Shown: piece by piece, positions 27,295 to 37,232 of the stretch
Numbering within the stretch: the first letter of the stretch is position 1
Layout of the letters: each line of letters begins with the position of its first letter
DNA from: a virus
Lineage: Duplodnaviria > Caudoviricetes
IMG/VR virus record: IMGVR_UViG_3300032257_000033
Location: 1-42,889 of that record
Strand: one strand, 5' to 3'
DNA length: 42,889 nucleotides
Notes under the pieces: model-generated
Databases searched by the model: none
Told to the model about the DNA's origin: nothing
The model's input: only the letters and a program-made list of their open reading frames with translations
Translations under genes and position numbers: made by a program

Positions 27295-28879
27295 TGCGGA
27301 GCTAGGACCTAAGGATATTAAGAAGCTACATAAACTTGAGAAAGATTATAACTCGCGAGAAGTAGAGTTGACAGAAGAGCAGCAAGAGTTTATAAGAACT
27401 AAACTTAGCTCTAAGTTGTGGCGTATGGATAACTTGTATAAGATACGTGATAAGAATGCTAAGTTACGTACTATGAAGCTTAACAATGCACAGCGTAAGG
27501 TTTTGACGAAATACAAGCATAATAAAAAGATAATATTGAAGTCTAGGCAGCAAGGGATATCTACACTATTCCTAGCATATTATATAGATGACTGTTTATT
27601 TAAGCCAGGGTATCAGGCTGGTATACAGTCATATGGGCAAGATGAGGCTGATAAACTAAGTAAACGTGCTGAGATAATGTGGGATGAGCTTAGTGATGAT
27701 ATTAAAGGACTTATGGGCCTTACACTAGTTTCTAACAACAGTAAAGGTATGACATTCAGCAATGGTTCTATATTAAAGATTGGTAACTTCCGTGGTGATA
27801 CACTACAAGGGTTACACGTATCAGAGCTAGGTAAGATAGCTAGTAAATATCCTGAGAAAGCTAAAGAGCTTAAGACTGGTGCATTTCAGGCAGTATCAGT
27901 AAAGAATAGGATTACAATAGAGTCGACAGCTGAGGGACGATCAGGGTTATTTTATGAGATGTGGAGAATAGCTGAGGAGCTTGCGCTACAAGAGAAAGCA
28001 TTAACACCACTAGATTTCCAGGCTATATTTTTAAGTTGGGTTTATGATAGTGACTGCCAGCTAGATTTCGAGGTTAGTATAGATAAAGTGATGGGTAACT
28101 ACTTTAGTGAGATTGAGGAAGACTTAGATATAGTATTAACTGACTCACAGAAGTGGTGGTATGCTAAGAAGAAGGAAGAGCTTGGTGATGAGATGACCCA
28201 GGAATATCCGACGACTGCTGAAGAGGCTTTTATGTCAGCTAAGGACGGTTCATATTACGCGCGTATGTATCGCGAGCATATAATTAAGGGTAAGCGACTG
28301 ATACAAGACCTATACGATGAGAATTTAAACGTCAGTGTGGCAATGGACCTTGGGATGAACGATACAATGGTTTTGGTATGGTATCAGAGATGGGGAAAAG
28401 ACCTCAGGATAGTAGATAGTTATCATAATAGTGGTGAGGGCCTTGAGCATTATGCTAGAATAATACATGATAAGGTGAAAACTCATGGTTATGTATATGA
28501 TACTATATATGGGCCTCATGATATGAATGTAAGAGACCTAAGTGCTAGAGGTGGTAAATCTAGGAAACATATTATGAGAGATTATGGTATTAGGGTAACA
28601 GTATTACCACGTATGAAAGTTAATGATGGTATTGAACTAGTTCGTAAGTGGATTCCTCATACATATATAGATGAGTCATTAAAGTATATACAAGATACCT
28701 ACATGAACTATACAAAAGAGTGGGATAATAAGCTTGGAGTATGGAAAGATAAGCCTCGCCATGATGACTGGTCTAACCCTGCAGATGCTATTAGATATGT
28801 TTGCTTGGCTATACAAGAAGCAGAAGTAACTCATATAGGGAAAAGACGTCCTAGAAAAGTTAGTGGATTTGACATCTAA
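27284..28879 (+). CDS. terL: Terminase large subunit
   Basis: LKSRQQGIST Walker A, LHVSE Walker B, ESTAEG, MDLG, PHD and HDDWSNPADA nuclease motifs. Confidence 0.95.
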   Translation: MIANAELGPKDIKKLHKLEKDYNSREVELTEEQQEFIRTKLSSKLWRMDNLYKIRDKNAKLRTMKLNNAQRKVLTKYKHNKKIILKSRQQGISTLFLAYYIDDCLFKPGYQAGIQSYGQDEADKLSKRAEIMWDELSDDIKGLMGLTLVSNNSKGMTFSNGSILKIGNFRGDTLQGLHVSELGKIASKYPEKAKELKTGAFQAVSVKNRITIESTAEGRSGLFYEMWRIAEELALQEKALTPLDFQAIFLSWVYDSDCQLDFEVSIDKVMGNYFSEIEEDLDIVLTDSQKWWYAKKKEELGDEMTQEYPTTAEEAFMSAKDGSYYARMYREHIIKGKRLIQDLYDENLNVSVAMDLGMNDTMVLVWYQRWGKDLRIVDSYHNSGEGLEHYARIIHDKVKTHGYVYDTIYGPHDMNVRDLSARGGKSRKHIMRDYGIRVTVLPRMKVNDGIELVRKWIPHTYIDESLKYIQDTYMNYTKEWDNKLGVWKDKPRHDDWSNPADAIRYVCLAIQEAEVTHIGKRRPRKVSGFDI

Positions 28880-28912
28880 CTAATAATTTTTTAATATAAT
28901 ATATGTTATAAT
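28880..28912 (+). promoter_or_regulatory. Promoter of the capsid operon
   Basis: CTAAT-N6-TTAAT-N11-TATAAT. Confidence 0.72.
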
Positions 28913-28941
28913 AGTATTTATCACAACAAAAGGGACTTAAT

Positions 28942-29682
28942 ATGGGTAATCCAGAAGATAACACTGCTGCTACCGATAATGTTAATGACGAGCTGTCATT
29001 GTCAGATCAGGTAAACTTAGCAGTCAAAGCGATGACGTATGACGAAGATAAAGAGGTATGGAATTTACCTACGGACCTTCCAGAAAACGTAATGGTGGCT
29101 GCTACAGCTGAAAAGAGAAGACGTGACACTCAAGCTTCATTAACAAAGTCTAACCAGAAGCTTAAAGCACTGGAGGCGACTAATTCTGCTCTACAAGAGG
29201 AGTTGAAGAAGTCAGTGAAAGTTAGTTTAACACAGGAACAGACTGATGAGCTGGAAGACTTGAAATATAGTGACCCAGAAGCTTGGCGTGTAAAAATGAA
29301 CAATTATGAGAGTCAAGCTCATTCTGACCTTAATGCTAAATTAACCTCAACCTATACAGATGCTGATAAAGCTGCTGAACTTAGTAGACGTGAAGAGGTT
29401 CTAGCAGAATTCTTGGCTGCTAATCCAAACACGGCGCTAAATGATGATATTATCGCTAATGACGTCCCTCCTAGACTTACTAAGAGACTAGAAGAAGGCG
29501 CTATTAGCTTTGAGGAGTTCTTAGAAGAAGCGAAGGATTTTATTGTCCAGCCGACGTTCGCAATTGCAAACGAGGAGAATAAAGAAAACGTTAATCTAAG
29601 TAAAGTTGGTGGTGGTTCTGAAGTGGCAGCTGGTGCTGTTGAAGAAGATATCATTACTTCATATAGCGGCGAAGTCTATTAA
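28942..29682 (+). CDS. Capsid scaffolding protein
   Basis: Acidic coiled-coil protein directly before the major capsid gene. Confidence 0.75.
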   Translation: MGNPEDNTAATDNVNDELSLSDQVNLAVKAMTYDEDKEVWNLPTDLPENVMVAATAEKRRRDTQASLTKSNQKLKALEATNSALQEELKKSVKVSLTQEQTDELEDLKYSDPEAWRVKMNNYESQAHSDLNAKLTSTYTDADKAAELSRREEVLAEFLAANPNTALNDDIIANDVPPRLTKRLEEGAISFEEFLEEAKDFIVQPTFAIANEENKENVNLSKVGGGSEVAAGAVEEDIITSYSGEVY

Positions 29683-29714
29683 GACTTTGCTAATTTAGTA
29701 TCGAGGGAGATATT

Positions 29715-30836
29715 ATGGGTGGTGCAACAGGTGTTGTAGATATCGGTAGTGATTTAGTACGTAAAAAGTGGATGCGCGAGGGAATGCTTCAAAAAGCTTC
29801 TGATTCAATTTTTGCTCCTTTTATGGGTAACTCTAAAGACGCAATCGTTTATCAAGAAAATAATAGTAATGCTGGTGATGGTCACACAGTAGTTTTTGAT
29901 TTTGATGGAAATCTTCGTAACCGTGCTATTAAGGGTAAAAATACTGCTTATGGTAAGGGTGAACAAAAGAAGAAATTCTCTGACAAACTTACAGTTGAAC
30001 GTTATCGTTTAGTTGTTGATAATGGTGATGATTTTGATGGTGTTAACATTGGTGACCTTTCAATTACTCAACATGGTGACAGTCGTTCTAAACTAGGTGA
30101 TTTATTCATCCGTTTTAAAGACCAAGCGCTAATTGATGCTGCTCAAGGTAATCTTGGTAATACACCAACACATATCATTGATTTAACTGCTACTTTTGGT
30201 ATTGCAGAACTTACTGACATTGAAACTACTCTTAAAACAGGTAATGGTTTTGATACTGGTAGTACTCGTCGTCCGCCTGAGCCGTTTAAAACTATGGATG
30301 GTAAGAAAATGTGGTTATTCGCAGTTGATGCTGCTATGGCTGGTGTTCTTAAGAAATCTTCAAGCTATCAATCACTTGTATATAATGGTGATGTTCGTGG
30401 TAATAATAACCGTGCAATCAATGGTATCATTGGTAAACTTGGAAACCTAATCATTGTTGAATGGGATAACTTCTTTGGTGAAACTGATGCTGGTACATTT
30501 GGACTTGATGGTTCAGATATTGAAATGGCTGGTTTACGTCAGTATGACTCAGTTAATACTGAATGGACAGGACAACCTTCATTTGATTATGCGTCTACTC
30601 TACGTTCACGTGGTATTATTATGGGTGCTGGTGCATTACAAATGGCTTTCGGTAAGATGCCAGATTATAAATTCCAAGAGTCTACTGACTTCGGTATTAA
30701 ATCTGAATCTGCTGTTGAGTTCTGGATGGATGCTAAGAAAACTAAGTTGACTGCTGAAGCTGGTGATTATACATCTGCAAAAGTAGCTGGAATTGACTAC
30801 GGTGTTATTGCTGTAGACTTAACTGTACAAGCGTAA
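29715..30836 (+). CDS. Major capsid protein (DUF4043/N4-gp56-like)
   Basis: 373 aa; FAPFMG, GDGHTVVF, GIIGKLGNLII, IMGAGALQMAFG, DYGVIAVD; strong codon bias. Confidence 0.9.
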   Translation: MGGATGVVDIGSDLVRKKWMREGMLQKASDSIFAPFMGNSKDAIVYQENNSNAGDGHTVVFDFDGNLRNRAIKGKNTAYGKGEQKKKFSDKLTVERYRLVVDNGDDFDGVNIGDLSITQHGDSRSKLGDLFIRFKDQALIDAAQGNLGNTPTHIIDLTATFGIAELTDIETTLKTGNGFDTGSTRRPPEPFKTMDGKKMWLFAVDAAMAGVLKKSSSYQSLVYNGDVRGNNNRAINGIIGKLGNLIIVEWDNFFGETDAGTFGLDGSDIEMAGLRQYDSVNTEWTGQPSFDYASTLRSRGIIMGAGALQMAFGKMPDYKFQESTDFGIKSESAVEFWMDAKKTKLTAEAGDYTSAKVAGIDYGVIAVDLTVQA

Positions 30837-30847
30837 GGAGTCTTTAA

Positions 30848-31246
30848 ATGGCTGATTTGAAAAGAACTGGTTTAAACAACCAGAAACGTGGTGTATCAGT
30901 AGCAGTAACGGAGCAGATTACATATGCTGCTGCCGCTACTCCTTCAGATACTGTGTTCACTCTACCTGCTAATTCAATGGTTACAGGCGTATACGCTATT
31001 GTAACTGATGCTGCTGGCGCTGGTGATACACTAGATGTTGTTGTAGGTGCTACTGTTGTAGCTAATGAAATTGCAATTAGCGCACTTGGTGTTGCTTCTG
31101 GTACTGTAGCTGTTACTAACTTTCCAACTGGTGGTGCTGTAACTGTTGTTGCTGGTGCTGGTGCAGCTCTTGGTGATGCTTCAACTTACCAAGTAGTTGT
31201 TGAGTACATTGAACTTGACAAAGTTACTGGTGAGTATACTAACTAG
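30848..31246 (+). CDS. Capsid decoration/cement protein
   Basis: Ala/Val/Thr/Gly-rich 132 aa after the capsid gene; FTLPANSMVT, VVVEY. Confidence 0.7.
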   Translation: MADLKRTGLNNQKRGVSVAVTEQITYAAAATPSDTVFTLPANSMVTGVYAIVTDAAGAGDTLDVVVGATVVANEIAISALGVASGTVAVTNFPTGGAVTVVAGAGAALGDASTYQVVVEYIELDKVTGEYTN

Positions 31247-31251
31247 TATAT

Positions 31252-31273
31252 AGGTTCCTCTTAGGAGGGACTT
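31252..31273 (+). terminator. Hairpin after the capsid operon (terminator or stability element)
   Basis: AGGTTCCTC-TTAG-GAGGGACTT followed by AT-rich sequence. Confidence 0.6.
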
Positions 31274-31307
31274 ATTATATTAATTATATAATTACTTAGG
31301 AGGATTT

Positions 31308-32054
31308 ATGAGTAGAGTAACAGATATACTTGTTCGTGCTAGAGATATACTAGCTGATACTGACTCACAGCGCTATTCCGACGATGCTCTTATACGCATA
31401 TTTAATGAAGGTGCTAGTAGCCTGGCACTAAGCACGAGAATGCTAACTACTATGAGCGCTATTGAATTACAAGATAATGTTAGTAGATACTCAGTATCTA
31501 ATGCTATTGATATTCTTAAAGTACAATATAAATCTCGTAGACTAGAGTCACGCACAGAGCAAGAGATGAATAATATTGACCCTGATTGGGAGGAAGTTAA
31601 TGGAGATACTCCAGAATTTGTTATTTTTGATAATCTTCCTAAGAATACATTTAAGATTTATCCTTTCCTACAGACAGTAGACCCTATTGAAACCACTTAT
31701 AATAGCTTATATGGAGCTCTTATAGATATCAATGTAGATAATGATTTACTATATCCAGTATATAGTGATCTTGGGGTAGGCGACTACTTATTTATCGCTT
31801 ATAAGAAGAAAGCTGATACTATTACTATAGCTACCATAGATGATGACTTTGAATTTGATAGTATTTGTGATGAAGCTTTCGTATTATATATCTCTGGTAT
31901 GGCATTAAGAAATGATGCTGATACACTCAATAGACAGTTTGGAGCTGAACAGCTTAGCCTATATGGTCAATATGTTAAACAGTATCTTAGTAAAGATGTT
32001 AATGAATATAGTAAAGTTACTAATAATTCAGTAAATTATGTAGGATTTCAATAA
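31308..32054 (+). CDS. Head-tail adaptor protein
   Basis: ILVRARDILAD...RYSDDALIRIFNEG N-terminus typical of podovirus adaptors. Confidence 0.7.
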   Translation: MSRVTDILVRARDILADTDSQRYSDDALIRIFNEGASSLALSTRMLTTMSAIELQDNVSRYSVSNAIDILKVQYKSRRLESRTEQEMNNIDPDWEEVNGDTPEFVIFDNLPKNTFKIYPFLQTVDPIETTYNSLYGALIDINVDNDLLYPVYSDLGVGDYLFIAYKKKADTITIATIDDDFEFDSICDEAFVLYISGMALRNDADTLNRQFGAEQLSLYGQYVKQYLSKDVNEYSKVTNNSVNYVGFQ

Positions 32055-34357
32055 TGCGTATTCATGTAAATAGACAACTAATGGGTGTAGATGACATAGT
32101 TTGGGGAACTGGTACAGTAGAGCAAACTCGTAATGGGCAAGCTGTACTTATATCTAAGGTAAGTGCTATTGATATTCCATTTACTAATACTGTCAGTGGA
32201 TTAGCTGCAACAACTGTTGAAGAAGCTATAGACGAAGTTGAAGACAGAGTAGATACTGCTGAAACAAAACTTGATCTTGTTACAATAACTCAACCTGTAG
32301 ACCTTGATGCTATTGAGACTAAGATAGATCTTGTTACAGTAACTCAACCTGTAGACCTTGATGCTATTGAGACTAAGATAGATCTTGTTACAGTAACTCA
32401 ACCTGTAGACCTTGACGCTATTGAAGATACTCAAGCAAATCAAACACTAGCAATAGGAAACATAAACAAACCCTTGCTTCATCTACCGCTTGACAATTCA
32501 CTTGACTTTGAAAAAGGTGTAGGAACTGTTAGCTTTACGAGAGCTACAACAGGTACTTACATTGACAGATATGGAGTTCTTAAAACTGCTTTAACTGATG
32601 AGCCTAGATTTGAAAAAGATGGTTTGTTGGTAGAAGGTGCTAGTACTAATCTTATTCTTTATAGTGAAGACTTTAATCAAAGTAGTTGGCTTAAAACAAG
32701 AGTTTCTGTATTACCTAATTCTACTATAGCCCCTGATGGAACATTAACAGCAGATAGTCTTATTGACTCCTCAACAGGTGATGGTACAGGATATATATAT
32801 AGAACTGGCTCATTTACGATAGGTACTCAATACTGTTTCTCGTTATATGTTAAAAAGATTGATGGCATAAGTGGTGCAAAAGTTAGGATTCAACTCTCGT
32901 CAGCTTATGGATTTAATGTTAATTACCCAATATGCGACTTTGATTTTGATACAGAAGCAGTAACATTAGGGAGAAGCTATAACGTAGAGTCTTTGTCAGA
33001 TGGGTGGTTCAGATTATCAGTATACGGAGAGAGTGAAGCGAGTTATTCAGGAAATATTATATATTTTAGTCACCAAGGCTCGGATACTGAGGGCAATGGG
33101 TTTTATATTTGGGGGGCACAATTAGAAAAACTCCCATTTGCTTCATCTTACATACCTTCTACAGACACTTTCACAAGTAGAGCAACAACAGGTACTTATT
33201 ACAACGCTTCAGGGACACTCTCAACATCTGCTATTAATGAGGCTAGATACACGTACAATCCAAGCGATTTAACAGCCCCTGCTAGTCTATTGCTTGAGGG
33301 TGCTAGTACGAATCTAATGCTTCAAAGTGAAGACCCGTCACTTTGGCCAAAGACTTTATTAACTTACAACTCAACTTCGGTAGAAAATGGGGTTACTTAT
33401 GGAACTTTTACACCTGATGTTGGAGCTGGTGCAGGAGGTACGGACGGCTTATTATTATCAACTTCAGGCTCATTATTAGTAGGTGATGAAATAACCTTAT
33501 CTTTTAGAATCAAGTACACTTCAATACAATATATCAGCCTAAGACGAAATAGCACATTCAATGACCCCTTGTTTTTAGCAAAGATTGACTTAGTAAATAA
33601 AACTATAGTTACTGATGATAGTCTATATGGGCTTACTCTTCTTGTAAATGAAGATGACTCTATTACTGTATCTGGAACATTTAGTGTAAATACTGGTACA
33701 GGTAGCCAGATTGGATATTTTCTACAGAATACATTTTCAGGAGATGCAGACGGTATAAATACATTAAAAGTTGGTATGCCTCAAACAGAGAAACTCCCAT
33801 ACGCAACTTCATACATACCTACAACAGGCACAACAGTTACAAGAAGTGCTGATGTTAGTACATCAGTTGCTACTACTAGGGCTGGTGAATCTTGTTCAGT
33901 TACAGCAAAAGATAATACACCATCATTATTAAGTGATAGTCAGTTTTCTTATGCATTTGATTACGATTGTTATGGTGATAAAGACTCAGGACTATACTTC
34001 ACAATGCTTGACTTTAATAATGGTGTAATAGATAATTTCCGAACAATGGTATACGTTGCTTCTGGGTTAAGGCTTGCTTCTGATACTAGTGGATTACCTT
34101 CAACAGTTATTAATACAGATGTAGTTGCGTATCAAAAATACAGGGTAGTATTTACAGCAGACAATCTAGCATATTCTACATACCTAGATGGGTTGCAAAC
34201 TATATCTAGTATAGCTACAAATAGCTTTCTTGCAAGTCAAGTGCAAAGAATAGATATAGGTACTACTAGTGGAAACCAATTCCAACACTATGGGCATATA
34301 TCAAATCTAAGAATCTACGACAAAACCTTATCAGCAGAAGAAGCGAGACTTGCTTAA
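32054..34357 (+). CDS. Fibre/spike protein 1 (two carbohydrate-binding-like modules plus LamG-like C-terminus)
   Basis: FTRATTGTY, LLVEGASTNL, WGAQLE..ASSYIP modules; C-terminal LRIYDKTLS. Confidence 0.75.
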   Translation: MRIHVNRQLMGVDDIVWGTGTVEQTRNGQAVLISKVSAIDIPFTNTVSGLAATTVEEAIDEVEDRVDTAETKLDLVTITQPVDLDAIETKIDLVTVTQPVDLDAIETKIDLVTVTQPVDLDAIEDTQANQTLAIGNINKPLLHLPLDNSLDFEKGVGTVSFTRATTGTYIDRYGVLKTALTDEPRFEKDGLLVEGASTNLILYSEDFNQSSWLKTRVSVLPNSTIAPDGTLTADSLIDSSTGDGTGYIYRTGSFTIGTQYCFSLYVKKIDGISGAKVRIQLSSAYGFNVNYPICDFDFDTEAVTLGRSYNVESLSDGWFRLSVYGESEASYSGNIIYFSHQGSDTEGNGFYIWGAQLEKLPFASSYIPSTDTFTSRATTGTYYNASGTLSTSAINEARYTYNPSDLTAPASLLLEGASTNLMLQSEDPSLWPKTLLTYNSTSVENGVTYGTFTPDVGAGAGGTDGLLLSTSGSLLVGDEITLSFRIKYTSIQYISLRRNSTFNDPLFLAKIDLVNKTIVTDDSLYGLTLLVNEDDSITVSGTFSVNTGTGSQIGYFLQNTFSGDADGINTLKVGMPQTEKLPYATSYIPTTGTTVTRSADVSTSVATTRAGESCSVTAKDNTPSLLSDSQFSYAFDYDCYGDKDSGLYFTMLDFNNGVIDNFRTMVYVASGLRLASDTSGLPSTVINTDVVAYQKYRVVFTADNLAYSTYLDGLQTISSIATNSFLASQVQRIDIGTTSGNQFQHYGHISNLRIYDKTLSAEEARLA
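32261..32422 (+). repeat. 54-bp tandem repeat x3 (ETKIDLVTVTQPVDLDAI)
   Basis: Units 2 and 3 differ at one base; unit 1 is more diverged. Confidence 0.95.
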
Positions 34358-34382
34358 TGAATACAAATAAAAGGAGCTACTA

Positions 34383-36386
34383 ATGGCATGGACAGGGTAT
34401 AGCTTAAAAGCAATAGCAGATAGGTTTAGAGAAGGTATTTACCAAAAGAGTGAGACTTACTCTAAAGATGAGGTATATAGTAAAACAGAATCATATTCAA
34501 ATACTGAAGTATACCCTAAAGCATCTACATTCTCTAAGGATGAGGTCACTAAGGCAATAGGAAACATCAACAGCCCACTACTAGACTTACCACTAAAGAA
34601 CAACCTAGCAATGAAAGCAGGAGTTGGAAGTACTACATTTAGTAGAGCAAGTGGTGCAACGTACATGAATAGATACGGTAGATTGTCTTATGCTTCAACT
34701 GATGAGGCAAGGTTTGAAAAAGAAGGTCTACTTATTGAAGGTGCTAGTACGAACAAAAGTATATATTCTAAAACACCAATTAAGTGGAGTGTAAGCCCAA
34801 GTGTTAGTCTAGTATCCACTACAGTATTATCCCCAGATGGCACAGCCACAGCAGGTAAGTTTATATGGGATTCAGGCTATAAAGGTTCACAAGCAGTAAC
34901 TTCAGGCTCAGTAAGTTTTACTGATGGTGTTACAGAAACAAGGAGTATTTTTGTTAAGCCTGAAGGGTTTGAGTGGGCTAGAATACAAACAGATGTGGGA
35001 ATCGTAGGTATTTGCTTCTTTGATTTAGTGAATGGAGTAGTGGGAACCGCCATAGAATGCACAGGTAGTATTGAAAAAATAGGTGATTATTATAAACTAG
35101 GAATCACAGTGACACCTAGTTTAACTGGTTCTGCAAGTTTATCAATATACCAAGCGGATTATGATAATGATTATGCAACAACAGGGGATGGAGTAAAAGG
35201 GTATAGTTTATGGGGAGCTCAAATAGAAGAACTACCATTCGCATCGAGTTACATACCATCAACAGATACATTCACAAGTAGAGCAACTACAGGTACTTAC
35301 TATGATGCTACAGGTACTCTACAGACAGCGTCTATTGATGAAGCTAGATACACATATAACCCTAGTGACTTAACTGCTCCTTCTAGCCTATTGCTTGAAG
35401 ATGCTAGTACGAACCTTCTGCAGTACAGTGAAGTATTTAACGCTTCTATCTGGACTAAGATAGGTGCAGTTATTACAGCTAATGCTTCTTCTGCTCCTGA
35501 TGGAAATACTACTGCTGATGGGTTTGATAATACTTTAACTATTGAAGATAGGGCAGTACAGCTTGTAGCCAACACAGGAGTCAATACATATACATTCTCA
35601 GTATGGATAAAAGCAGGTGCTAACAGGACATTAGCTATCGAGCTAACAGAACAAGGTGGTACTGCTTTTAGTAATATAGTTAATTGTAGTGTTACATCAG
35701 AGTGGCAGAGATTTACAATTACAGGAACAACAAACTCAGATAATACAGGGGTATATGCCGTAATAGGTAGAAACAGTTCAGACCAAGCATCTGATTATAG
35801 AATATGGGGAGCACAATTAGAACAATCAACCTTCCCATCTTCATATATCCATACAACCACAACAGCAGTCACTAGAAGTGCAGATGTAAGTACTTCTGTA
35901 GCTACTACTAGGGCTAGTGATATAACAACTTCTACTCATTATGATAACTTTCCAAGTGGCTCTAGTGGAACTATAATAATGGATGTCGCAGTGTTTGATA
36001 GTTCAGCAACTAAATACTTATTATCTGTATATGAAGATGCTACAAACTACTTCTATATAAGATTACTATCTACAGGACAAATTAATGTTGCTTCTGAGTA
36101 TGAAAACACAGTAAAAATAGGGCTTGGCTCAACAGTGTCTTTAGTAGTTGGAACTAAATATAGAATTGGAGTTACATTCGATGAAACAGGTTCAACATTG
36201 TATTTAGATGGGGTACAGGTAGATACTGATACTCATACAGGGTTGACATTCTCGCAACTACTAAATTCTATTCCTGTTACCATAGGTGGGTTAAGTGGTA
36301 ACTCTAGTTCTAATAGAGATGGGAACTACTCTAGTATTAGATTCTACGACAAAGCACTTACAGCAGAAGAAATGAGGCTAGCATAA
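34383..36386 (+). CDS. Fibre/spike protein 2 (paralogue of fibre 1)
   Basis: Same architecture from AIGNIN.PLL.LPL to YDK.L.AEE.RLA; YSK.EV repeats at the N-terminus. Confidence 0.75.
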   Translation: MAWTGYSLKAIADRFREGIYQKSETYSKDEVYSKTESYSNTEVYPKASTFSKDEVTKAIGNINSPLLDLPLKNNLAMKAGVGSTTFSRASGATYMNRYGRLSYASTDEARFEKEGLLIEGASTNKSIYSKTPIKWSVSPSVSLVSTTVLSPDGTATAGKFIWDSGYKGSQAVTSGSVSFTDGVTETRSIFVKPEGFEWARIQTDVGIVGICFFDLVNGVVGTAIECTGSIEKIGDYYKLGITVTPSLTGSASLSIYQADYDNDYATTGDGVKGYSLWGAQIEELPFASSYIPSTDTFTSRATTGTYYDATGTLQTASIDEARYTYNPSDLTAPSSLLLEDASTNLLQYSEVFNASIWTKIGAVITANASSAPDGNTTADGFDNTLTIEDRAVQLVANTGVNTYTFSVWIKAGANRTLAIELTEQGGTAFSNIVNCSVTSEWQRFTITGTTNSDNTGVYAVIGRNSSDQASDYRIWGAQLEQSTFPSSYIHTTTTAVTRSADVSTSVATTRASDITTSTHYDNFPSGSSGTIIMDVAVFDSSATKYLLSVYEDATNYFYIRLLSTGQINVASEYENTVKIGLGSTVSLVVGTKYRIGVTFDETGSTLYLDGVQVDTDTHTGLTFSQLLNSIPVTIGGLSGNSSSNRDGNYSSIRFYDKALTAEEMRLA

Positions 36387-36411
36387 TGAAATCAAACACA
36401 AAGGAAAATAG

Positions 36412-36771
36412 ATGAAAGACTTAGTTACATATTGTGCAGACAGCACAGCATTAGTTCAAGAGGTGGGAGAGAAGTTCCCTGAGTTATTAACAGAAGAGTT
36501 TGACTTCTCTGTTACAAAGATTCCTACATACAAGTGTGCTACAGGTGAAACAGTATGTCTTGTGAGATGTATTGATGCAGACGATGAGACAAAGCTAAGA
36601 AGCTTGACTACACTTGAGGTCTTAGGCACATATGATGAAGTCTTTGCAGACCCTTTGTTAGATGCTAAGTACAAGAGCGTTTATCCTTATGATGTGCCTG
36701 TGACTTATACAGATGATGAAGGTGTAGAGAAGTCGTACACTAGACCTAATCGTATAGGAGCTTTCGCATGA
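36412..36771 (+). CDS. Fibre-associated protein (possible chaperone)
   Basis: AAGGA RBS; follows the fibre genes. Confidence 0.55.
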   Translation: MKDLVTYCADSTALVQEVGEKFPELLTEEFDFSVTKIPTYKCATGETVCLVRCIDADDETKLRSLTTLEVLGTYDEVFADPLLDAKYKSVYPYDVPVTYTDDEGVEKSYTRPNRIGAFA

Positions 36772-37184
36772 GTGTAGAATCAAAGAGTTTAGATGAGCTG
36801 AACAAAACACTTTTAGTTGATACAATAGAGACAGGCACTTATACTCCGACCATAACCCCATTAGCAAATATTGATAGTATAACACCTAAGCCTCTAAGAT
36901 ACACAAAGGTTGGCAATATGGTGAATGTATCGGGACAGATAGATATAGATGCCACAGCAGTTGATACTTTAACAAATTATAGAATCTCATTACCTGTACC
37001 ATCTAATCTAATTGATAATGGTAATTTATCAGGTACTACGTCTATAATCGCATTTTCTCCTAGTGCTATTCGCTCAGGGTATATAAGAGGAGAGGTTGCA
37101 GAAGATGAAGCTTATGTAAGTTTTTCTGCAAGTGTAACAGGGTTGGTGGGTACAACTGTAAGTTTTGAATATGAGATAAAGTAA
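36768..37184 (+). CDS. Small fibre-tip-like beta-sandwich protein
   Basis: GTYTPT...YTKVGNMVNVSG...ISLPV pattern seen in fibre C-terminal domains. Confidence 0.6.
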   Translation: MSVESKSLDELNKTLLVDTIETGTYTPTITPLANIDSITPKPLRYTKVGNMVNVSGQIDIDATAVDTLTNYRISLPVPSNLIDNGNLSGTTSIIAFSPSAIRSGYIRGEVAEDEAYVSFSASVTGLVGTTVSFEYEIK

Positions 37185-37232
37185 TGCTTAAGATATTCAC
37201 TAAAAAGTTTTGGGTCGAAGTTGAGGCAAGTC

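Noticed and set aside
32054-36386. Diversity-generating retroelement or shufflon acting on the fibres
   Set aside because: No reverse transcriptase or recombinase; the repeats differ at synonymous positions rather than specifically at adenines.
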